From assembly GCA_044350705.1 (NCBI GenBank), contig JBILHA010000001.1:49809-113808 (forward strand): a DNA stretch of 64,000 nucleotides, written 5' to 3'. Under the pieces are notes generated by a model, which made no database searches, was not told the DNA's origin, and saw only the letters and a list, made by a program, of their open reading frames with translations. Positions 1-7,378 of the stretch are shown one piece after another; position 1 is the first letter of the stretch; each line of letters begins with the position of its first letter. The position numbers and the translations under genes were made by a program. This stretch comes from Candidatus Kapaibacterium sp. Lineage in GTDB: Bacteria; Patescibacteriota; Patescibacteriia; UBA9934.

Positions 1-873
1 GCGCTTTATGCAGCACGTGCAAATTTAAAGCCTGTTCTTTTTGCGGGTTTGCAACCGGGAGGGCAGCTTACGCAGACTTCTGAGGTAGAGAATTGGCCAG
101 GTGAGGTCAATGGAATTTTGGGTACAGAGCTCATGGAGAAGCTCCGTGCACAAGCAGAACGATTTGGATCAGAGATTATTTCCAATGTTGTCACTTCGGT
201 CGATTTCTCCTCACATCCGTATAAAGTACAATCTGCAAGTGGAAAAGAAGTGTTTGCGGAGAGTGTCATTATTGCAACCGGAGCAACGGCAAAATGGTTG
301 GGTGTTCCTGGAGAAGAGCGATTGATGGCAAAAGGTGTTTCTGCGTGTGCAACGTGTGATGGATTTTTCTTCCGAGGAAAAGAATTGATTGTTGTAGGTG
401 GGGGAGATAGCGCCATGGAAGAAGCTACGTTTTTAACTCGCTTCGCAACGAAGGTAACCATTGTGCATCGAAGTTCTGAGTTTAAGGCTTCGAAGATCAT
501 GCTTGAACGTGCACGGAAGAATCCTAAAATTTCTTTTATTACTGATACTGTTCTTGATGAAATTTTGGGTAGTGAAAAGGTTGAGGGTGTACGCTTGAAG
601 CATGTGGGAACGGGTGAGGTTTCTGAATACAAAACTGATGGAGTGTTCGTTGCCATTGGCCACAAACCAAACGTCGATCTTTTTTCCGGTGCCATTACGC
701 TTGATGAGAAGGGATATATTGTTACCGAAGGAAAGTCGACACGTACGAATATTCCTGGGGTTTTTGCGTGTGGAGACGTGATGGACTCGGCATATCGCCA
801 GGCAATTACCGCTGCGGGATCGGGATGCGCTGCGGCACTTGATGCTGAGCGGTGGCTTGCGAGTCGTGAGTAA
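1..873 (+). CDS. trxB: thioredoxin-disulfide reductase, 5' end truncated by the window edge
   Basis: Frame 1 is open from nt 1. CATC redox motif, GGGDSAMEE NADPH fold, C-terminal GDV..SAYRQAITAAGSG. Confidence 0.9.
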   Translation, partial: ALYAARANLKPVLFAGLQPGGQLTQTSEVENWPGEVNGILGTELMEKLRAQAERFGSEIISNVVTSVDFSSHPYKVQSASGKEVFAESVIIATGATAKWLGVPGEERLMAKGVSACATCDGFFFRGKELIVVGGGDSAMEEATFLTRFATKVTIVHRSSEFKASKIMLERARKNPKISFITDTVLDEILGSEKVEGVRLKHVGTGEVSEYKTDGVFVAIGHKPNVDLFSGAITLDEKGYIVTEGKSTRTNIPGVFACGDVMDSAYRQAITAAGSGCAAALDAERWLASRE

Positions 874-1017
874 AAGATGTGTACGATGGTGCTCTTGCGA
901 AGGCGTGTACGATCTCATTTTTTGATGAAGCGTACGGATGTTTTTGAAAAGAATGAGATGTTTGACTGAGTATATTTTTCTTGATGTACTTGGGATCCAC
1001 ATTCTTAAAGATTTTTT

Positions 1018-1332
1018 ATGGATACAGAGATGAAAAACTTTTTTGTGGCGTTTGAAGAGCGCTTGAATGATAAATTTCTTCGAATTGAGCAGCGTTTTAC
1101 TGGGATAGAAGGACGCTTTGATGGACTTGAACGAAGAATAGATGGGTTGGAGCAGAGAATGAGCGAATTGGATCAGAGAATAGATAGATTAGAGCAAAAT
1201 CAGCATGACATGCAGGAGCAGATTTCTTATCTCGTTGATCATTTTGGAAAGTTTGAAGATGACGTGAGGACACTTCTTCGATCGCATGATGTTCGTCTCA
1301 CGAATCTTGAAGCGAGGGTGCAATTTGTTTAG
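1018..1332 (+). CDS. hypothetical coiled-coil protein with 11-residue repeats
   Basis: 104 aa ORF with repeats IEQRFTGIEGRFDGLERRIDGLEQRMSELDQRIDRLEQ. No family recognised. Confidence 0.45.
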   Translation: MDTEMKNFFVAFEERLNDKFLRIEQRFTGIEGRFDGLERRIDGLEQRMSELDQRIDRLEQNQHDMQEQISYLVDHFGKFEDDVRTLLRSHDVRLTNLEARVQFV

Positions 1333-1766
1333 GTACTTTTTTGTTTGACTTGAATGCTCCCTGCGATGCTTATCGCTCCGGCGATGATGACAACATTTTT
1401 TAGAATATATTGTCCGACGAGTGTTGGCACAAACGGGGCTGACCAGCTTACTTCTGGAAGAATGATGAGTGGAAGAGCGGTTGTTGTCATGTGAAAGCCA
1501 AGGAGTGGGATAACGATGCGTGTAGCTTTTGGTATGAGGAATAATATACCGATGAGCATTTCAAGCGCGCCAAAGAGTATGAGAAATGTAGGGAATTCCA
1601 TGAACGGAATGGTTTGTTCGAAGAGGCTTTGTACAAGTGCTTCTGCGGGGGAAAGTGAGAGAACTTTGAGGATTCCAAACCAGAAAAAAACGATAAATAT
1701 TGCGATGCGCATGCTTTTTGGCGCGTAGTATTTGCAGTGTTGAATGACTGCATGTTCGAATTTCAT
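1329..1766 (-). CDS. small polytopic membrane protein (DoxX-like?)
   Basis: 145 aa with about 4 hydrophobic segments. Alternative start at 1712 (MRIAIFIVFF...). Family assignment is weak. Confidence 0.45.
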   Translation of the reverse strand: MKFEHAVIQHCKYYAPKSMRIAIFIVFFWFGILKVLSLSPAEALVQSLFEQTIPFMEFPTFLILFGALEMLIGILFLIPKATRIVIPLLGFHMTTTALPLIILPEVSWSAPFVPTLVGQYILKNVVIIAGAISIAGSIQVKQKST

Positions 1767-1775
1767 ATGGATGCA

Positions 1776-3041
1776 TTATACGCCTTTGAGATAATTTTTC
1801 TTTTGGAGTTCTTTTGGAAGATAGTCTTGCGCAGCATCTTCTTGTGAAGAAAAGTTTGGCGTGTATTTATACCCTTTGCCGTAGCCCATATTTTTCATCA
1901 GTGACGTTGGTGCATTTCGGAGGTGAAGTGGCACGGGGAGATTGGGAAGATGTTTGATGTCTTCTTGGACATTTGTGTATGCGGTGTAGAGTGCATTTGA
2001 TTTTTTTGCGTTTGCAAGATACGCGACGCATTGTGCGATATTCACGCCGCATTCTGGCATGCCTACCGCATGCGATGCTTGATGTGCGGCAACGGCTTGT
2101 ACGAGTGCTTGCGGATCTGCGAGACCGATGTCTTCGCTTGCAAAACGGATAAGACGACGGGTTATGTAAAGTGGATCCTCGCCTGCTTCGAGCATGCGGC
2201 CAAGCCAGTAAAGTGCAGCGTTTGCATCGCCTCCTCGCATGGATTTATGCAGTGCGGAAATGATGTTGTAGTGTTCTTCGCCACCTTTATCGTAGAGGAG
2301 GGTGTTTTTTTCTATGATGCGCGCAACGATTTCTTGATTAATATTTTTGCTGAGATTGTTTTCTGCTTCGAGGACGTTTGCAATGAGTTCTAACATGTTG
2401 AGGCCATTTCGTGCATCGCCGTTTGCGAGGGTTGCGAGGAAGAGCAGTGCTTCATCGGTGATAGTGAGTTTTAGTTTTCCTAGACCTTTTTCTTCGTTTG
2501 TGACTGCACGTTTGAGAATGGCGGCGAGATCTTCTGGGGAGATTTGGGAGAGTGTGAGTACGCGCATGCGTGAAAGAAGTGCGGCGTTTACTTCGAACGA
2601 TGGATTTTCTGTGGTTGCGCCGATGAGTGTGACAATGCCTTGTTCAACGGCGGGAAGGAGGGCGTCTTGTTGGGATTTGGTAAAGCGGTGGATTTCGTCG
2701 ATGAAAAGTATGGTTCGTTCGGCGTAAAACATGCGACGGTCGTCGGCGTCTTTGAGAATGGCGCGTACATCGGCGACTGTTCCGTTTACGGCACTGAAGG
2801 GGATGAATTTTGCTTTGACGTGATTGGCGATAATTTTTGCGAGCGTTGTTTTTCCTACTCCCGGAGGTCCCCAGAATAACAATGAAGGTACTTCGCCCTT
2901 CATGAGGAGCGTGCGGAGGTATTTTCCTTCCCCAATAACGCCTTTTTGTCCTTCGTATTCTTCGAGTGTTGTGGGGCGCATGCGATCGGCGAGGGGAGTA
3001 TGGAGACGTTTTTTATTTTGCTCCGACGCGAAGAGATTCAT
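1776..3041 (-). CDS. rarA: replication-associated recombination protein A (AAA+ ATPase RarA/MgsA)
   Basis: Walker A GPPGVGKTT, Walker B LFIDEIHRF, MgsA C-terminal helical domain. Confidence 0.9.
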   Translation of the reverse strand: MNLFASEQNKKRLHTPLADRMRPTTLEEYEGQKGVIGEGKYLRTLLMKGEVPSLLFWGPPGVGKTTLAKIIANHVKAKFIPFSAVNGTVADVRAILKDADDRRMFYAERTILFIDEIHRFTKSQQDALLPAVEQGIVTLIGATTENPSFEVNAALLSRMRVLTLSQISPEDLAAILKRAVTNEEKGLGKLKLTITDEALLFLATLANGDARNGLNMLELIANVLEAENNLSKNINQEIVARIIEKNTLLYDKGGEEHYNIISALHKSMRGGDANAALYWLGRMLEAGEDPLYITRRLIRFASEDIGLADPQALVQAVAAHQASHAVGMPECGVNIAQCVAYLANAKKSNALYTAYTNVQEDIKHLPNLPVPLHLRNAPTSLMKNMGYGKGYKYTPNFSSQEDAAQDYLPKELQKKNYLKGV

Positions 3042-3100
3042 ACCTGAGAAGTGTATGGTTTTTGTTCGGTATGTATAGAGGGAGCTGTGAATGAGGGGTA

Positions 3101-4000
3101 TTATTTTCCTTTTTTTATTTTTGCTACAAAGAACCCCTCACTCTCAGCGGTTGGCAGAATGATGGTCCCGAATTTGGTAGGACGGATGGGGGAGACGGGG
3201 AGCGTCATGGGTTCTATGTGCATGGAAGGGTGCTCATCGATAAACCATTTCATTTGCTCCTCGTTTTCTTCAGGGGCGAGGGTGCAGGTTGAATAGACGA
3301 GTGTGCCGCCAGGTTTGAGCATGCGAAAGGCGCTTCGCAGGAGGCGGCGTTGGAGTTTGGCATGTTCGGTGATGTTTTTTTGCGACCAGAACGTAAATGA
3401 GCGCGGATCGCTTAAATCAATGCGTCCTTCTGCGGTGCAGGGGACATCGGCGAGAATGGCATCAAACGTTTCGGGGTATTCGTGATGTAGGGTAGTGCTG
3501 TCGACATTTTTTGCTTGAGCATTCACTCCCTGGATAGTGATCGTGTTTTGCAGCTTTTGGAAGCGGACGGAATTATCCTCGCAGGCGATGAGGGTTCCTC
3601 TATTTTCCATGAGAGCGGCAAGTTCTGAGGTTTTACTTCCTGGGGCGGCGCAAATATCGGCGACGATTTGTCCGGGCAAAGGGGCAAGAATTAAGGGGGG
3701 AATCATGGAGGCGATTCCTTGAAGATAGACGTGACCAGCTTTGGTGAGATGATGATCGAGCAATTGCTCATCAGTTCGGTTTTTTATGCGAAGTGCATGG
3801 GGTACGTTTTTGATGCGTTCAAAGGCGATTCCTTCTTCGCGATAGACATCCATGACTGCATGGTCAGTTGTTTTGAGGGTATTGATTCGAAGAGTCGGAA
3901 ATGGCTTCGTACTAAAAGCTCGTAGCATGGTGGCTACGGTTTGAGGGCCGAATTGTTTCGTAAGGCGTTCCAGGAGGGGTTGGGGAAGCGTGCGAGCCAT
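3101..4000 (-). CDS. RNA m5C methyltransferase, NOL1/NOP2/Sun (RsmB/RsmF) family, no NusB-like N-domain
   Basis: DICAAPGSKT SAM motif, DAILADVPCTAEG, TLVYSTCT catalytic Cys motifs. Start taken at internal Met (MARTLPQ) because the upstream extension overlaps the next gene. Confidence 0.8.
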   Translation of the reverse strand: MARTLPQPLLERLTKQFGPQTVATMLRAFSTKPFPTLRINTLKTTDHAVMDVYREEGIAFERIKNVPHALRIKNRTDEQLLDHHLTKAGHVYLQGIASMIPPLILAPLPGQIVADICAAPGSKTSELAALMENRGTLIACEDNSVRFQKLQNTITIQGVNAQAKNVDSTTLHHEYPETFDAILADVPCTAEGRIDLSDPRSFTFWSQKNITEHAKLQRRLLRSAFRMLKPGGTLVYSTCTLAPEENEEQMKWFIDEHPSMHIEPMTLPVSPIRPTKFGTIILPTAESEGFFVAKIKKGK

Positions 4001-4030
4001 AGGAAGAAAAATGCCGTACACTAGGCGTAT

Positions 4031-4369
4031 ATGATATCTCTTTCCCCTCAAGATTTGAAGGCGAAGCTGGATGGCGGAGTTTCGCTTACTTTGGTAGATT
4101 TGCAAACCGTTGAAGGATACGCTCACCGGCATATCCCCGGTGCAGTACATATGGATCCTTCTTCTCTCTGTGGAGAGGACTGTGAAAAGCTTTTGAAGGA
4201 TAAGGATGCGGATATTGTGCTTTATGGAGAGTTTGATGAGCTTGGTAAGGGCGCTCAGGTGGCAGAAGTGCTTGAACGGGCGGGATATAGTAAGATTTCT
4301 CGCCTTTTGGGGGGTATGATGGGCTGGATGGAGGCGGGTTACGGGATCGAGGGTGGGTCAGAGTCTTAG
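4031..4369 (+). CDS. rhodanese-homology domain protein (apparently lacks the catalytic Cys)
   Basis: 112 aa with rhodanese-like fold signature (LVDLQTVEGYAHRHIPGAVHMD ... IVLYGEFDELGKG) but no Cys in the CRxGx[RT] position. Confidence 0.6.
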   Translation: MISLSPQDLKAKLDGGVSLTLVDLQTVEGYAHRHIPGAVHMDPSSLCGEDCEKLLKDKDADIVLYGEFDELGKGAQVAEVLERAGYSKISRLLGGMMGWMEAGYGIEGGSES

Positions 4370-4411
4370 TTCTTTTGCGAAAAATAGCGGTTCCCATTAT
4401 GCTACTTCCAT

Positions 4412-7276
4412 ATGTACGACCATGGGAATATTGATGGGAAGTGGCAGAAAAAATGGGAGGATGCAGGAATTTTTCACGCAAAGCTCGATGATGCACGAGA
4501 GAAGTATTATCTCCTCGTAGAATTTCCGTATCCTTCTGGAGCTGGCCTTCACGTAGGGCATCCCCGAAGTTATACCGCGCTTGATGTGATTGCACGTAAG
4601 CGTCGCATGGAGGGGAAGAATGTGTTGTATCCCATTGGTTGGGACGCGTTTGGTTTGCCAGCAGAAAATCATGCGATAAAAACGGGTACTCATCCAGCCA
4701 TAAATACTGCGGAAAATATCAAAACTTTTAAGAAGCAGATTCAGTCGCTTGGTATTTCTTTTGATTGGTCGCGAGAAATTGATACTACCGATCCCAAATA
4801 TTATCGTTGGACACAGTGGATGTTTAACGAATTTTTCCGACAGGGTTTGTGTTATAAGGCAAAGATGCCGATTAATTGGTGTCCAAGTTGCAAAATTGGT
4901 TTGGCAAATGAAGAAGCTGCAGGTGGTGTATGCGAACGCTGTGGAGGGCCTGTAGAGAAAAAAGAAAAGGAGCAATGGATGATTGCCATGACGAAGTATG
5001 CTGATCGTTTGCTTGAAGATTTGAAAACGGTTGATTATCTTCCAAAAATTAAAAAAGAACAGGAGGAGTGGATTGGACGAAGTGAAGGTGCGGAAATTGA
5101 TTTTCGTCTTGAAGAAATCAGCGAAACGATTACGGTATTCACTACCCGTCCCGATACAATTTTTGGCGTAACCTATATTGTTCTTGCGCCTGAACATCCG
5201 CTTGTTGCGCGATTGGTGACCGATGATCAGCGTTCGCATGTTGAAGTATATATTTCTTCTGTTGCTTCAAAGACTGATGACGAACGTGGAGATGCTACCC
5301 GTGAGAAAACGGGAGTGTTTACTGGAGCGTATGCGGTAAATCCGGTGAATGGCGAGCGTGTTCCGGTCTGGATTGCGGATTATGTTCTTGGTGGTTATGG
5401 AACGGGTGCGGTTATGGCGGTTCCTGCGCATGACGTACGCGACTTCGCATTTGCTACGACGTATGAGTTGCCGATTCGTCCTGTTGTTGCAAAGTATTTT
5501 ATGGAAAGTGAAAATCCTCCTCGTGAAGGTTTTCCTACGGTTCGCAGAAAAAATGTTCACGCCATTGTTCGTCGTGCTACCGATGGCGCAGTGCTCATGC
5601 TTCGTTGGAAGGCGAACCAGCGCGCAAGCGGTGCATATCCGCACACGTTTATCGTGGGTGGTATTGAAGAGGGTGAAGATGCACGCGAGGCGGTGCTTCG
5701 TGAGATTGCTGAAGAAACGGGATTGCACCGCGTGCGTTTCGTTTCTGAAGTTCCCGCGATTGTGCATTCGGAATATTTCGCAGGACACAAAGAGCAGAAT
5801 CGATATGCGGAAATTTCCATTCTCTGCTTTGAGGCTGATGGAGATGAAGCATTCGACGTTGCTCCTGAAGAACTCGAGAAGCATGATCCGATTTGGGTTC
5901 TGCCTTCTGATGTTGCTTCAACGGTAAATGTTGCTGAAGGTCCGTATATTTGGGCGCAGGCAGAAAAACCGTTTGCCATGACCGATGCGGGATATGTTAC
6001 AAATTCCGATTTTCTCAACGGACTTTCTACGGAAGATGCAAAGAAGCGTATTGTTGAAGTTCTTGCTGAACGTGGGTGGGGTAGAGCAAAAACAACGTAT
6101 CGCTTGCGTGACTGGGTTTTCTCCCGTCAGCGTTATTGGGGTGAGCCTATTCCGCTTATTCAATGTAAGAACGGATGTTCGCCTGAGACGAACGGCTGGG
6201 TGACGGTTCCCGATGAAGCATTGCCGGTAACGCTTCCGAATGTGGAACGTTATGAACCCACGGATACGGGTGAGTCTCCGCTTTCGGTTATTTCTGATTG
6301 GGTGAATACCACATGTCCTCAATGCGGAGGAGACGCCGTGCGAGAAACGGATACTATGCCGAACTGGGCAGGTTCGAGTTGGTACTTTTTGCGCTATGCT
6401 GATGCGCACAATGATGCGGCATTTGCAAGTAAAGATGCGCTTGCGTATTGGCTTCCTGTTGATTTGTACAATGGAGGCATGGAGCATGCGACGCGTCATT
6501 TGTTGTATGCGCGCTTCTGGACAAAAGTGTTGTTCGATCGGGGGCATTTGCCGTTTTCCGAGTTTTGTCAGCGTCGCGTTGCGCACGGCATGATTCTTGC
6601 GGAAGATGGAACGAAGATGTCGAAGTCGAAAGGAAATGTGGTGAATCCAGACGATGTCGTGAAGGAGCATGGCGCAGATACGTTGCGCGTGTATGAACTT
6701 TTTATTGGTGCGTTTGATGAAGTTGCTTCGTGGTCAACGAATAGCTTGATTGGCGTTCGTCGATTCCTTGATCGCATTACTCGACTGCAAGAAAAAGTTG
6801 GAGGGGAAGATACTGTAGAGATTCAACGTGTTTTGCAAAAGACGTTGCAGAAAGTTACTGATGATATTGAGGGCATGCGGTTTAATACGGCGGTTGCCGC
6901 GCTCATGGCATGTTTGAATGAGTTGCAGTCCGCGCCTTCGCTTTCTCAAGACGCATTCAAGCTTTACTTGCGTATGCTCGTGCCTTTTGCGCCTCACGTT
7001 GCGAATGAGTGTTGGGAGAACATTGGCGGTGAAGGTTTTGTTGAAGCACAGGCATGGCCAGTAGTTAATGCATCGTTGTTGGTTGATGAAGAAGTTACCT
7101 ATGCGGTACAGGTTAACGGAAAAGTGCGTGCGACGCTTGTACTTCCCGCTGACGCACCCGATGACATGATTATTGCTGCAGCAAAAGCAGATGAATATGT
7201 TGCAAAATATTTGGGAGGACAAGAGCCGAAAAAAGTTATCATCATCCCTAAGAAGATTGTGAGTTTCGTGGTGTAG
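4412..7276 (+). CDS. leuS: leucyl-tRNA synthetase with inserted Nudix hydrolase domain
   Basis: HVGH, TTRPDT editing motif, GTGAVMAVPAHD, YRLRDWVFSRQRYWGEPIP, KMSKSKGN. 954 aa, versus about 800-860 for typical bacterial LeuRS. Residues about 360-520 form a Nudix fold with box GGIEEGEDAREAVLREIAEETGL. Confidence 0.95.
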   Translation: MYDHGNIDGKWQKKWEDAGIFHAKLDDAREKYYLLVEFPYPSGAGLHVGHPRSYTALDVIARKRRMEGKNVLYPIGWDAFGLPAENHAIKTGTHPAINTAENIKTFKKQIQSLGISFDWSREIDTTDPKYYRWTQWMFNEFFRQGLCYKAKMPINWCPSCKIGLANEEAAGGVCERCGGPVEKKEKEQWMIAMTKYADRLLEDLKTVDYLPKIKKEQEEWIGRSEGAEIDFRLEEISETITVFTTRPDTIFGVTYIVLAPEHPLVARLVTDDQRSHVEVYISSVASKTDDERGDATREKTGVFTGAYAVNPVNGERVPVWIADYVLGGYGTGAVMAVPAHDVRDFAFATTYELPIRPVVAKYFMESENPPREGFPTVRRKNVHAIVRRATDGAVLMLRWKANQRASGAYPHTFIVGGIEEGEDAREAVLREIAEETGLHRVRFVSEVPAIVHSEYFAGHKEQNRYAEISILCFEADGDEAFDVAPEELEKHDPIWVLPSDVASTVNVAEGPYIWAQAEKPFAMTDAGYVTNSDFLNGLSTEDAKKRIVEVLAERGWGRAKTTYRLRDWVFSRQRYWGEPIPLIQCKNGCSPETNGWVTVPDEALPVTLPNVERYEPTDTGESPLSVISDWVNTTCPQCGGDAVRETDTMPNWAGSSWYFLRYADAHNDAAFASKDALAYWLPVDLYNGGMEHATRHLLYARFWTKVLFDRGHLPFSEFCQRRVAHGMILAEDGTKMSKSKGNVVNPDDVVKEHGADTLRVYELFIGAFDEVASWSTNSLIGVRRFLDRITRLQEKVGGEDTVEIQRVLQKTLQKVTDDIEGMRFNTAVAALMACLNELQSAPSLSQDAFKLYLRMLVPFAPHVANECWENIGGEGFVEAQAWPVVNASLLVDEEVTYAVQVNGKVRATLVLPADAPDDMIIAAAKADEYVAKYLGGQEPKKVIIIPKKIVSFVV

Positions 7277-7309
7277 GATGAAAAGGAATGGTGATTTCAG
7301 GTGATGTAC

Positions 7310-7336
7310 AAAAGGCGCTATTCATGGCGCCTTTTT
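7310..7336 (+). terminator. intrinsic terminator after leuS
   Basis: aaaaggcgc-tattcat-ggcgcc followed by a T-run. Confidence 0.6.
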
Positions 7337-7378
7337 GGTTACGTCATGGTTTAGAATGCGTTATCGCTGTTTTTTTAC

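Noticed and set aside
6-695. 229-aa minus-strand ORF
   Set aside because: Entirely antisense to the well-supported trxB reading frame. Low-complexity translation.
5267-6670. Several 150-250 aa minus-strand ORFs inside leuS
   Set aside because: Antisense to a conserved synthetase frame; typical shadow ORFs.
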